Virus record (IMG/VR): IMGVR_UViG_3300005578_000001
Location: 1-64,000 of that record
Strand: one strand, 5' to 3'
Source of the DNA: a virus
DNA length: 64,000 bases
Shown here: positions 1 to 9,872 of the stretch, piece by piece
Position numbering within the stretch: the stretch's first letter is position 1
Layout: every line of letters begins with the position of its first letter
The notes under the pieces: model-generated
Told to the model about the DNA's origin: nothing
Database searches by the model: none
The model's input: only the letters and a program-made list of their open reading frames with translations
Program-made: the position numbers and the translations under genes

Positions 1-1
1 G

Positions 2-217
2 CCGCCTGATTCGTGGAGTTGGGTGGGTGAGCGTGGACCAGAGTTGGTTAAGGCAGGTCCACGCGGAGCCTCGGTTATGCCCAGTGGCGAATCGACGGCG
101 TTTGCGGGTAGTCACATGACGATGAATGTTTACACAAATGACGCACAGTCGTTTGCCTCGCGTCGCACCCAGACGCAGATTAAACGCGGGCTGAGAAAAA
201 TGCAGGAGGCGGCCTAG
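2..217 (+). CDS. Tape measure protein, C-terminal fragment (5' truncated by window)
   Basis: Frame open from position 2: PPDSWSWVGERGPELV; the VGERGPEL motif is typical of TMP C-termini; precedes the distal tail gene. Confidence 0.75.
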   Translation, partial: PPDSWSWVGERGPELVKAGPRGASVMPSGESTAFAGSHMTMNVYTNDAQSFASRRTQTQIKRGLRKMQEAA

Positions 218-232
218 AAAGGAGCTAAGAAA

Positions 233-871
233 ATTTATCACGACCTGTTATTCCCCGTGGCTGTGCGCTCAATCAGCGCTACACCAAACTGGCCTGTAGA
301 CATCGTTAAGCTTGGCGGTGGAGGCGAGCAGCGCATTCTCCTGCCCACTGACACGAAACGCGAGTACGACGCACGTCACTCTACGATCAATCAGACGCAG
401 GCGAAAGACATAGTTGAGTTCTTCAACGGGCGGCGTGGACAGCTTCACTCGTTCAAGGTCTATGACATCTTCCTACATCAAGCTACTGGAGAACCTTTCG
501 GCACAGGTGGAGGAATAGGATCGACTAATCAACTCATCTATGACGAGGGTGATAGTGCTAATAGTTACATCCGGGAGATCTACTTACCTAAATCCGGCAC
601 AGTTCAAATCTTCGCAGGCGTTACCCTCAAGACCGAGGGGGTGAACTACACGCTCAACTATAACGGCGCGAATGGGGGGTTAGTTACTTGGTTGACTTCT
701 GTATCAGGTCAGACACTCACATGGACCGGGGAGTTTTATATTCCGGTAAGATTTGACGTGGCAAGCTTGCCGGATCTGGAAGCAATTGCGCAATTGAGTA
801 GCACACAGTTCAAGGCCAGTGGACCAACCATTGGAATGACTGAGGTCGATTACCCCTCGGAGTGGATCTAG
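233..871 (+). CDS. DUF2460/TIGR02217-like distal tail protein (start uncertain: ATT233 or GTG257)
   Basis: IYHDLLFP N-terminus, EFFNGRRGQLHSF and GEFYIPVRFD motifs; position after TMP. Confidence 0.8.
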   Translation: MYHDLLFPVAVRSISATPNWPVDIVKLGGGGEQRILLPTDTKREYDARHSTINQTQAKDIVEFFNGRRGQLHSFKVYDIFLHQATGEPFGTGGGIGSTNQLIYDEGDSANSYIREIYLPKSGTVQIFAGVTLKTEGVNYTLNYNGANGGLVTWLTSVSGQTLTWTGEFYIPVRFDVASLPDLEAIAQLSSTQFKASGPTIGMTEVDYPSEWI

Positions 872-1774
872 GTGTCTAATCTCAGGAAACCCGTAAATTA
901 CCAATCTCCCTCAGATGTTACGTCGCTAATCGGCTTTCTCTCGAAGACTGCTATTGACGGCATCTGCACCGGGGCCTACATGGTGAGTGCGATCGGAAAT
1001 ATCATTGTAGCCGTGACAGATCGCAGACGTGGTTTAATAGGCGTACCGGGTTATCCGGGAGTCACCTTCAAGCACACGATCGGACTAACAGCCTCACGAG
1101 TCGAATATCCATCAGGCACAGATGCCGCAAACCTCGAAGCGGATTTCTTTGTGAATAGCGAAGGGTTAACAGAAGCCGACATTGAAGCAGGCAAGTGGGA
1201 TCACGGTTCCTTTACTGTGTTCGTTACTAACGCGAATGCCTTGCACATGGGCCAAATGATTATTGCGCGCGGGTTCTTTGGAAAATTCGAACAACATGAC
1301 GGGATGTTTCGTGTTGAGTTGAAAGGAATCAACGAGGCGTTGAATCAGGTAATCGGGAAAGTTACAGAAGATTTGTGTGACGCGGACTATGGTGATTCCC
1401 GTTGTACGCTCAATCTTGTAGCGCGTGGAGAAGTGAAAACCGGAACCTTAACCAGCGCGACTAATCAATACACGTTTCGAGATACGTCACGAACTGAGGC
1501 GGCTGAGTACTTTGATAACGGACGTGGTTCGTTTACCTCAGGAAACAACAACGGCTTCCCTTTTCATGTTGATTCATGGAATCCGACTACAAAGGAATTC
1601 AGGTTAAGAAAAGCCATGCCCTTTCTCCCTGTTGCGGGCGATACCTATACAGTGAATCGAGGGTGTAAGAAGCGGTTGGTTGATTGTTTGGATCGGGATA
1701 ACGTAATTAACATGCGGGCACCCGGAGTTTACACCCCTACAACAGAAGACTTTTTGAGCGTCCCCAATGCCTGA
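872..1774 (+). CDS. DUF2163/BR0599-like baseplate hub protein
   Basis: DIEAGKWD, CDADYGDSRC, FTSGNNNG and GCKKRLVDC motifs (Fe-S-type Cys pattern) of GTA-like hubs. Confidence 0.85.
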   Translation: MSNLRKPVNYQSPSDVTSLIGFLSKTAIDGICTGAYMVSAIGNIIVAVTDRRRGLIGVPGYPGVTFKHTIGLTASRVEYPSGTDAANLEADFFVNSEGLTEADIEAGKWDHGSFTVFVTNANALHMGQMIIARGFFGKFEQHDGMFRVELKGINEALNQVIGKVTEDLCDADYGDSRCTLNLVARGEVKTGTLTSATNQYTFRDTSRTEAAEYFDNGRGSFTSGNNNGFPFHVDSWNPTTKEFRLRKAMPFLPVAGDTYTVNRGCKKRLVDCLDRDNVINMRAPGVYTPTTEDFLSVPNA

Positions 1775-1791
1775 CACTGAAAGGATTCAAT

Positions 1792-2088
1792 ATGCATTCA
1801 CTGAGCCCGGTCATACCGGACAAAGAAGCTGAGGAGACGATCTACGCTAAAGATCAACCTCAATACATTTCCTTGCCCAGCGTAAAGACACCTGATGGAG
1901 TGGTGTTGACGCGCTGGAGTGTGAACGAGCAGGAAAAGCAACTCATTATTGAGCGGGGCTATATTTACTTATTGGTGAACACGTTCAATACACCGCTACA
2001 ACCCGTAATGTTAACGACAGATGTTCCTGGGGGGATGAACTTTAAGACGGCGTCTTTGGAAGAGTGGCCCACGGAGATTGATGCCTGA
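1792..2088 (+). CDS. Phage hypothetical protein
   Basis: AAAGGA RBS; AKDQPQYISLP...GVVLTRW motif seen in small phage proteins. Confidence 0.6.
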   Translation: MHSLSPVIPDKEAEETIYAKDQPQYISLPSVKTPDGVVLTRWSVNEQEKQLIIERGYIYLLVNTFNTPLQPVMLTTDVPGGMNFKTASLEEWPTEIDA

Positions 2089-2542
2089 GATAAATTTCCA
2101 AGCAATGGTCACAGAAGCCCGTGCTCTTGTCGGAGAGACTCGCTGGCGTCATCAGGGACGTGATCCACGGGTTGGCCTCGATTGTATTGGCCTGCCACGC
2201 TGGTTATACGTGCAGCAGCTTGGCGAATTGCCGGAAGCGCTTGAGGCAGAGTTCAATGCCTATCACCGCAGGCCTGATGGTCAGAAGCTTTTGCAAACTA
2301 TCCGTGACTGGTTTGATGAAGTACCACGTGAGGCAATGCAGGCAGGAGATCTGGTGGTTATCTATGATCGCAGAAACCCACAACACATCGCCGTGGCGTG
2401 TGATAACGAGTTCGTAGTCGAAGCTTACGCAAGTGGACGCAATATGAAGATCGTTTACTGGAAGCTTGGCGTCTGGCGTGAACTGGCAGGAGTGTTCCGC
2501 TATCCGACTGAAAGTGACAAGGCCTTAAAATGGCTGGATTAA
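2078..2542 (+). CDS. NlpC/P60 tail-associated peptidase
   Basis: WRHQGR..GLDCIGL catalytic Cys, GDLVV and PQHIAV catalytic His. Confidence 0.9.
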   Translation: MMPEINFQAMVTEARALVGETRWRHQGRDPRVGLDCIGLPRWLYVQQLGELPEALEAEFNAYHRRPDGQKLLQTIRDWFDEVPREAMQAGDLVVIYDRRNPQHIAVACDNEFVVEAYASGRNMKIVYWKLGVWRELAGVFRYPTESDKALKWLD

Positions 2543-3132
2543 GACTTGGGCTCGTGGATTTTAATCCCGCTTATGGCGGTCAGATCAAGATCCGTCAGCG
2601 CCACGCCGAGACCCTTGCTTTCCGGCGCAACGCCAGCTGCGCGCATGTAAATGTCCTGTACGACTGTAGAGAGTTTCCTGACTTGATGTGGACACCCTCC
2701 GTGGTAACTTTTAGCTTGATGGCAATTAGCGCAAAGCAACTGCAGATCGCCTTTGGGGTAGCCCTGCCGTCGAATGAAATAGCTAAAACTGTTCGCACGG
2801 CCCACTTGAGCACGGTGCTGGTTGCCGTCTTCGTTCGTATGATCGAGATTAAGAAATTTTACTTCTGTTTCACCGCAGCACACACATTTGCCGCCATATG
2901 CGGCAATCATTTCCAAGCGGTTCTGGCGATGCCGCTCTCGTGTTTTTCGGAGTTCATCTTGATAAGAGTCTCCCGTAGGCTTTGCGCCACCATAGCCATT
3001 GGACTTTTTAATCCCTCGGCATGTTTTACAGGGTTCCCTGAAGCCACTCTTACGGCGATTGTCTCTCAAAAAGTATTGAGCATCCGCAGGTTTCTCTGCC
3101 CCGCATTTCCCACAAGTAATGGTTGGTTGCAT
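2539..3132 (-). CDS. HNH homing endonuclease, antisense within the tail operon
   Basis: N-terminal CxxC pairs; YGGKCVCCGE..LNLDH..LQLLCANCHQAK. Confidence 0.8.
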   Translation of the reverse strand: MQPTITCGKCGAEKPADAQYFLRDNRRKSGFREPCKTCRGIKKSNGYGGAKPTGDSYQDELRKTRERHRQNRLEMIAAYGGKCVCCGETEVKFLNLDHTNEDGNQHRAQVGRANSFSYFIRRQGYPKGDLQLLCANCHQAKSYHGGCPHQVRKLSTVVQDIYMRAAGVAPESKGLGVALTDLDLTAISGIKIHEPKS

Positions 3133-3173
3133 GGCGTTATGATAACACCTTACGCCACTAGGAGCATAGCTTA

Positions 3174-6100
3174 ATGTGCGCTCAAGTGGCCATCAGCCTT
3201 GCCGTGGCGGGCGCTACCACCGCAGCCCAGCTTCTCTTTGCGCCTAAGCCTAAGAAGCCTGCGCCGATCGATCGTGGCAAGCTTGATGATGCGCGATTTT
3301 CAATCCCCGCATTAGGCGCGGCGATTCCGAAAGGCTGGGGTACTTTTCGCTGTGCTCCGATCTGGATAGACCACGTTCCCACCATCCACACTGTTCAGGT
3401 TACAGAAGGACAATCAGGCGGCAAGGGGGGCTCGCCAACGCCTCCGACCGCGGATGAACGCAAACACATCTACACAAAGTCGGTGATTGGGGTCTTTCAC
3501 AACGGCCCTATCTTCAAAGGCGTCTCCAAGATGTGGTTTGGCGAGAAGCTTGTCTATAACTCTAATCTCGCCACCAACGAAGCTGATACCGCAACCCTGC
3601 GCGGTGAGGCAGAACATGGAGTACTAAGTGGCGGGGCGTCGGTGGTCACGCAGGCTGAATGCTCAGGTGGGCGTAAGGTAACGGGGATTGGAAGTGGTGG
3701 AGTGTGTGTGATCACTGTGGATGTGCCCACAACCGGAAGCTACGAGATTGCGTGCTTCTACACTTCAACAGTGCAGCGAACCTTTAAGATTCGGGTTAAT
3801 GGCGGGGCGCTCAATGATCTCGTTTGTCCAGCCTCGGGGGGCGCAGGTGAAGTTACCAGCGAGGTTATTACTCTTACTCTTACCGCGGGTGCAAATGCAA
3901 TTCAGTTTGAGAATTCGGGCGCTGCGTGTCCTGACCTTGACCGCATCGACGTAGCCCCAGCGCTCGTGTTCACGCCTGAGGGTGAAGACCCGCGTGGGTT
4001 TACCGGAATTATTCGTCCCGGTCGCTTTGGCCCTGACGATCCTGACTTTGCCTGGCCCGCGACAAATGAACAGCCGACGTTTAGCGAGACAACGGGTGGA
4101 ATGTCTAACGGAGGATTTATTCAGGCAAATCTTTCCGAATGGGGCAATCCGACTATCAGGTTTCACTTAGGCAGTGAACTACAGGAAGCCGATCCAATTA
4201 CTATCGCGTTGCGTGGCCTGAACCTCTCACCCGGCTATCGCGGGCTGGGAATCATAGCCATCGACAATATCCAGTTACAAAACGGGCAAATGCCGAATGT
4301 CACGCTGGAGATCCAACAGGGGGTACGTGAACTACCCGCGATCGTGGCCGATATTTACAAAGAGGTGAATGTCCCGCCTGAGTGGTTGGATTTGAGTGCC
4401 TTAGCCGGAAAGTTACTTGGAGATGAATCGGGCTTTGATCCCGGTACTTATACAGCCATCACGTGGACTGGGCTGAGTAACGCTACCCAAACAGGCGGAG
4501 GTGCGATTACCAAGACTTCGGGCACGAATAATACATGGAATGCTTATGCCAACTCAGGTGATTCCGTTTCAACGGGTACCAACGCCTCAATTCGCTTCAC
4601 CGCGGGTGCAGCGGGTACTTACATGGTGGGGTTTGCTTACACTACGACTCCCGGATCTACTCTTCCACACCCTTACGATCAGGTTCCGTTCGCGGTGGTA
4701 CTGAATAAGAATTCCAACCCCTCGCAGGAGGCCAAGAATTCGATCCAGCTCAGTCTAGGCGGGATCAATAACTCATTCGACGTAGGCATGTGGAGTGCGG
4801 GGGATAAGTTTCAGATCGAGTATCGTAATGGTCGATTCATGGCCTACCAGAATGGGTTAGCCCTAACTGGTTATATCCCTCCGGTTCCTTCTACTTTCCC
4901 GTTGAAGCCATTGTTCACGGGCTATGCGACAGGTGGTGGACCATCGGCAACTTCGTTCGCTACCGGGGCAAATATCGGCACTGAGCCTATCGTCGCCAAT
5001 GGGGGAGGATTGTTTATGGAATCCCCCGCCCCAGCCGCAGAGATGATCGCCGCCCTCATGCTGAGATTTCAATTCACTTTGCCCGAAGTTGACGGAGTAG
5101 TGAAAGCGGTGCTCAATAACGCTACTTCAGATCTGACTATCCCTTACACTGACCTGCGGGCGCACCGGGGCGAACAGCGCCCTCCTGAAGATATGATCAT
5201 CACGCGTGTTGATCCATTACAACTGGCAAAACGTACTACCGTTACTTATTCAGATCCTGCTTACTCCTATCACACGCGCACGCAATCAGAACAGAGATTA
5301 TTCGGCCCACAACAGGGAGCGCATGATGTAACTCTGCCGATGATCGAAACCGCGCAGAATATGAAGAACCTGGCGATTATTATTTCGAATCGCGAGGAGA
5401 TTGAAGGCCAGACGTACAAGTTTACGCTTGGCCCAAAGTACATGCGCATTCATCAGGGTACGGTGTTGACTATCAACGCTCGTTCCGGGGTTACACACAC
5501 AGTCAGGGTGAGAGATCTAGGGCTTGAACTTCCGGCTGGAGTAGTGGACGTAGATGCGGTCAGGCAAGATGCTTCAGTGTTCTCGGCTAACGGAACGCCG
5601 GGTGATATCGGAGTGGAGAGTCCGATTGTGCAAGTGCCGGGTAACACACTTGGAATCTTTCTCGACGCGCCCCTGATACCGCCGGATGATTCGGTGGATT
5701 TACCACAGCCAGTTTTATACATCGCCATGAGCGGTAGAGGCTCAGGTACATGGCCGGGTGGGTTCCTGTTCCGCGAGTTTCCTTTTAACTCCGGCAATTA
5801 TCAATTATTAACCAGCACGGATAAACCAGCCCTGACTGGAATCACTGCCGGGACATTGGGGAACCACGCAGATCTAACCGTGCTCGATACTGTAAACTCA
5901 GTGGCAATAAACTTCTATGGTCTAACCAGTCTGGAAAGCGTTACGGAGGCAGAGTTAATCGCCAACCCGCGCCTCAATCTGGTCGCTATCAAGGGCGCCA
6001 GCGGCGACTTTGAATACTTACAATTCCAGACTGCGACGCCGGGCGTGGCCGTAGCCCCTTATGTCTCGCGTTATACGATCAGTAACCTGTTGCGTGGGCG

Positions 6101-7190
6101 CTTCAATACCGGAACTGCGGTTAGCGATCACACTGGAACAGATGAGGTGGTAATTATGAATAGTGCTGTGATGGGAATCCTGATGTCAACCGCGCTCTTA
6201 GGCGTGAGTTGTAATTATAAATTTGTGACGGTAGGCCAGCAGCCGGATCAGATTACTGAACAGGCGTTCACCTGGCGTGGAATAGCCTTGAAACCTTACC
6301 CACCTGATAGTCTCACTGCGAGTAAGGATTCAAGTGGCGACTGGCATATCTCTGCCGTGGGCCATCCGCGTGAGGCAGAGAAGCCGGAGACATACATCGC
6401 TCGTATTCGCCGCGCTTCCGACGCAATGTTGATGCGGGATATTCCTATTACACCGGGCGTGCGTATGGCCGCGATACTTGATCATATTATTCACGCCAGC
6501 GGCGGCGGGACTTATTCAGGCTCAACACATGCGGCCATCAATCACAATAACGCGACCGGAGAATTAAACCCGACCGCCGCCTATGTAAAGCAGCCCTTTA
6601 CTCTGGGCAGTGAAATCAATGCTCGTCTCACGATAACACCAGCACCAGTGCCATATCTCACAGGTAATGTTAAGCTGAGTTTTGGCCCTTCGGATTTCAC
6701 CGATCCATACGGCACCGTAACAGGCGCGACCCTGACAACCAAAAACGATAACAGTACTACGCTAACACATATTCAGGTATTCGACTGGTCAACCAGCCAG
6801 TTTGCAGCATTTGATTTGCCCACAGTCGGGGGTGTTGTATTCGTGCGTATTGTCTGGTCGGGAACTGAAATCCGCTGGCAGTTTTCAGGTTCTCCAATTA
6901 ACGCGGCGGCTGCGCCTAACGTAATCTTAAAAGATGTTCCGACAGTGGGAGATTCCACGTTCCTTCGCCTATCGATGCTTAACGGCGGGCCCAGTGGCGC
7001 AAGCGCCGTCAAGGTGGAGAACATTACTATCGGCGGGCTGACAACGCCGCAGACGATCTACAGTCTGCCGCAACAGCAAAACGACAATAGCGGCTCCGGT
7101 ATCGCCACCAGTAATCTTGACGTAGAGCTGTGGCAGGTATCACGCTACCCGCCGGACTTCAAAGGCTTCTCAGTAAGGAAAGTTTTCTAG
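3174..7190 (+). CDS. Tail tip / host-specificity protein (J or megatron-like) with inserted carbohydrate-binding-like domains
   Basis: 1338 aa; GAAIPKGWG..APIW N-terminus, PGYRGL, YTISNLLRGRFNT; CBM6/35-like insert EAEHGVLSGGA...PDLDRIDV. Confidence 0.85.
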   Translation: MCAQVAISLAVAGATTAAQLLFAPKPKKPAPIDRGKLDDARFSIPALGAAIPKGWGTFRCAPIWIDHVPTIHTVQVTEGQSGGKGGSPTPPTADERKHIYTKSVIGVFHNGPIFKGVSKMWFGEKLVYNSNLATNEADTATLRGEAEHGVLSGGASVVTQAECSGGRKVTGIGSGGVCVITVDVPTTGSYEIACFYTSTVQRTFKIRVNGGALNDLVCPASGGAGEVTSEVITLTLTAGANAIQFENSGAACPDLDRIDVAPALVFTPEGEDPRGFTGIIRPGRFGPDDPDFAWPATNEQPTFSETTGGMSNGGFIQANLSEWGNPTIRFHLGSELQEADPITIALRGLNLSPGYRGLGIIAIDNIQLQNGQMPNVTLEIQQGVRELPAIVADIYKEVNVPPEWLDLSALAGKLLGDESGFDPGTYTAITWTGLSNATQTGGGAITKTSGTNNTWNAYANSGDSVSTGTNASIRFTAGAAGTYMVGFAYTTTPGSTLPHPYDQVPFAVVLNKNSNPSQEAKNSIQLSLGGINNSFDVGMWSAGDKFQIEYRNGRFMAYQNGLALTGYIPPVPSTFPLKPLFTGYATGGGPSATSFATGANIGTEPIVANGGGLFMESPAPAAEMIAALMLRFQFTLPEVDGVVKAVLNNATSDLTIPYTDLRAHRGEQRPPEDMIITRVDPLQLAKRTTVTYSDPAYSYHTRTQSEQRLFGPQQGAHDVTLPMIETAQNMKNLAIIISNREEIEGQTYKFTLGPKYMRIHQGTVLTINARSGVTHTVRVRDLGLELPAGVVDVDAVRQDASVFSANGTPGDIGVESPIVQVPGNTLGIFLDAPLIPPDDSVDLPQPVLYIAMSGRGSGTWPGGFLFREFPFNSGNYQLLTSTDKPALTGITAGTLGNHADLTVLDTVNSVAINFYGLTSLESVTEAELIANPRLNLVAIKGASGDFEYLQFQTATPGVAVAPYVSRYTISNLLRGRFNTGTAVSDHTGTDEVVIMNSAVMGILMSTALLGVSCNYKFVTVGQQPDQITEQAFTWRGIALKPYPPDSLTASKDSSGDWHISAVGHPREAEKPETYIARIRRASDAMLMRDIPITPGVRMAAILDHIIHASGGGTYSGSTHAAINHNNATGELNPTAAYVKQPFTLGSEINARLTITPAPVPYLTGNVKLSFGPSDFTDPYGTVTGATLTTKNDNSTTLTHIQVFDWSTSQFAAFDLPTVGGVVFVRIVWSGTEIRWQFSGSPINAAAAPNVILKDVPTVGDSTFLRLSMLNGGPSGASAVKVENITIGGLTTPQTIYSLPQQQNDNSGSGIATSNLDVELWQVSRYPPDFKGFSVRKVF

Positions 7191-7193
7191 CCT

Positions 7194-8108
7194 ATGGCTA
7201 ATACGCCAAACAGAAACTATCCGATACCCGATGCTGCGGGCTCAATCTACCCGCAGGTACGAGACCTCGCAATAGCAATTGACGCTGATAATATCCTGTG
7301 GCAGCCGATCCATAAAACACAGGTTGAACTGGATGCCATGCTGCCACCGCTGGAAGGCATTCTGTATTACAACACTGACGCGCATCACCTGCAAATGTTC
7401 GACGGTACAGCGTGGATCGTGTTTGGCGCAGGCGGCGGCGGCGGTATCATCGGCGTGCCACCATCCGCAACGGCATCATGGGCCAGTGATACGGGCGTGA
7501 CCGGATCGCCAGCCTCAGCGTGGGAGTCTATAGACGAATCTGTGACGCTGGCGCAGAGCAGTGGATCGAATCGCCCCGCAGTCACAGGCAGCGTGTTTGG
7601 TTCTACGCAAGGTTTGACGTTCGATGGCTCAAACGACAACCTGACTGTGGCAACACAGGTAATCACCGCTACTGCCGCAGGCACAATCAGCATTGTGTTC
7701 AAGACAGGCGCGAGCGTGGTCGGGCCGATGGTGATGGTCAGCCAGTCGGATTCAGCAGTGGCGAATAATTGGGTGGAGTTCGGCATCAACGCGGACGGCA
7801 GGCTATACATTGAATCGAACGCCAGCGGCACCAAGCACACCGTTGTCGGTTCCACGGTGTTGTTGCCCTCGACGCGCTATGACATGCAACTCGCCTTTGA
7901 TGGCATTGACTACTATATGCAGCTAAATAATGTCGAAGAAAACCCGCTGGAAATCGTGAACATTGGCGTGTTCGCGTGGTTCGGTCGCGTGGCAGGCACA
8001 ACGGCGTTCACGGTCGGCGGAACAATTACCAGCGGCGGGCTACAGCGTCCGTTCGCCGGAGCCGTTGGCGCAATCTACCTGTGGGCCGTGGATCTGACTG
8101 AGGCTTAA
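7194..8108 (+). CDS. Tail fibre / receptor-binding protein with LamG/ConA-like domain
   Basis: MANTPNRNYP N-terminus, GILYYNTD, poly-Gly hinge, LTFDGSND LamG-type start. Confidence 0.7.
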   Translation: MANTPNRNYPIPDAAGSIYPQVRDLAIAIDADNILWQPIHKTQVELDAMLPPLEGILYYNTDAHHLQMFDGTAWIVFGAGGGGGIIGVPPSATASWASDTGVTGSPASAWESIDESVTLAQSSGSNRPAVTGSVFGSTQGLTFDGSNDNLTVATQVITATAAGTISIVFKTGASVVGPMVMVSQSDSAVANNWVEFGINADGRLYIESNASGTKHTVVGSTVLLPSTRYDMQLAFDGIDYYMQLNNVEENPLEIVNIGVFAWFGRVAGTTAFTVGGTITSGGLQRPFAGAVGAIYLWAVDLTEA

Positions 8109-8111
8109 ACT

Positions 8112-9872
8112 ATGGCGCTATTCACTTCATCGAATACGGGTAACTGGTCGAGTGCGGGAACATGGGGAGGGGCGGGGACTCCCGGTGCGGGTGATACCGT
8201 CTCAATCGGCGCGCATACCATCACCGTGGACGTGCCGACCATCATCGGCACCAGCCCAAATAATACCACAACCGCAGTGATCGATATGACCAGCGGCTCC
8301 AGCGTGCTGATTGTCGGATCATCGCTCTCGATTCGCGGCAACGTTGGCATGGTGAGCGGTTCATCGCTGAATATGGTGGCAGGTAGTTCTATCGTATGGG
8401 ATGCGTCGGCGTCTGGTGGCACGCCAGTCTATAAGATTATCAACAGCGGCTTCTGCAAGCTGGTGATCACTGGCACGAATAGTTCGCACTGCACGATGTC
8501 TGCGCCAGTCGGATTCACGTTTCAACTAGAGCAGAGCTATTCGCAACTGGCAATCGCCTACTGTGACTTCACTCGACACGCAGCTTTTACTGGTGATGGA
8601 TTGAAGATGGGCAGCAGCGTAGGTTTCGATGTGCAGCACAATACCTTTACCTCGTGCGGCTTTCTGCAACTTAACTCCACCAACACGAATCAGGATTTCT
8701 TCTTTAATCACAACACGTTCGTCAACAGCGGTGCCGACTGCTTTAAGCTGGCATTGAACGCGGTGCCGACAACTATTAATCCGCGCGAATGTATCGGCAA
8801 TAGCTTCGATACGGCCTTCACTTATTCATCTTATGGCGTTGTCGGGCGCGACAACTATTTCGGCGGCGGCATAGACGGCGTAGGTGATCATCCGTGGGCG
8901 GCGCTGCGTTATAACTGCATCGTCGGTACGCGCGCTGATGGGCAGGTACTTGATGGCGTTGTCGAGCGCAACTATTTCACGTCATTTAGCAACCCTAACC
9001 CACACTTTGTCGAGATTCGCGCGAATGTCCAGAGCTGCATTTTCGGGCAGAACATTATCGAGTCACACGACGCGGACACATCTGATTTTGGTGACATCCT
9101 GCTACCAGTCAACGATCGCTTTACGCCGCCGTTCAAGTGGACCGTTAAAAATAATATTGCTCTGCGTAACAGTTTCGCGCCGACAGGTTCAGGCACCCTA
9201 ATCACGCTATACGCGACTGGCTCAACGGATGTCGTCACCGAGCACCTGCACAACACAGTCAACGTGGACAACCCAGCCACGGGCGCATTCCCGCGGCGCT
9301 CGGCGTTCGCCACCAGCGAGGCCGGGGCTAGTGGCGCAGATAACGTCGCCAAGTTGAAATCAAACCTGGTGTGGGGCACGTCAGCAGGACAGGGCTATCT
9401 GGCAGAACGCGTCAATAACTTTCCAGCTGCGCTCGATGTGATCACCGTAGCGAATGCTGATTATAACTGGACGCACAATCTAAGCGCCGGAAATAACCAG
9501 CGTCACTATCACGACCAGTCAACCGGGGCTCCGCTCTGGAGCGCGGGAGATGCCGTAGCGGCAGGGGTGGATACACATCAGGGCACAGGTGATCCGCAGT
9601 TTTTTGACCGGAATCGAAACATTGCGCAGTGGGCTCAGGATCGCGGCTATGGCTCAACGTACTTTGACGGGCTGGCAGCTATCAAGGCGACGCCCACACG
9701 AACGGCTGATTTAGTCGCTTATGTATTCGCGGGATTCAGGCCGGGCAACTTCGATATGCGCAATGCGGCCCATGATGGTGGGTGTCCCGGTGCGGCTAAC
9801 TTCTACAAGTCAGATCGTACTTTAGCCGAGATTGATGCGCATCGCGCCAGTCTGTCACGGTTTGGTCTCTAA
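8112..9872 (+). CDS. Beta-helix tailspike / depolymerase-like protein with G8-like N-terminus
   Basis: GNWSSAGTW..PGAGDTVSI..HTITVD; repeated HNTF/NYF/NNI parallel beta-helix rungs. Confidence 0.6.
   Translation: MALFTSSNTGNWSSAGTWGGAGTPGAGDTVSIGAHTITVDVPTIIGTSPNNTTTAVIDMTSGSSVLIVGSSLSIRGNVGMVSGSSLNMVAGSSIVWDASASGGTPVYKIINSGFCKLVITGTNSSHCTMSAPVGFTFQLEQSYSQLAIAYCDFTRHAAFTGDGLKMGSSVGFDVQHNTFTSCGFLQLNSTNTNQDFFFNHNTFVNSGADCFKLALNAVPTTINPRECIGNSFDTAFTYSSYGVVGRDNYFGGGIDGVGDHPWAALRYNCIVGTRADGQVLDGVVERNYFTSFSNPNPHFVEIRANVQSCIFGQNIIESHDADTSDFGDILLPVNDRFTPPFKWTVKNNIALRNSFAPTGSGTLITLYATGSTDVVTEHLHNTVNVDNPATGAFPRRSAFATSEAGASGADNVAKLKSNLVWGTSAGQGYLAERVNNFPAALDVITVANADYNWTHNLSAGNNQRHYHDQSTGAPLWSAGDAVAAGVDTHQGTGDPQFFDRNRNIAQWAQDRGYGSTYFDGLAAIKATPTRTADLVAYVFAGFRPGNFDMRNAAHDGGCPGAANFYKSDRTLAEIDAHRASLSRFGL

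Noticed and set aside
2640-3174. Group I intron carrying the HNH
   Set aside because: The HNH is antisense and fills the interval; no intron core elements are recognisable.
215-8112. Genome-wide TAG recoding suggested by in-frame gene junctions at 217, 871 and 7190
   Set aside because: Long genes are intact in the standard code, TAG ends genes at expected family boundaries, and an in-frame junction also occurs with TAA (8108).
3174-9872. Diversity-generating retroelement or invertible tail-fibre cassette
   Set aside because: No reverse transcriptase, invertase or TR/VR-like repeat pair was seen.
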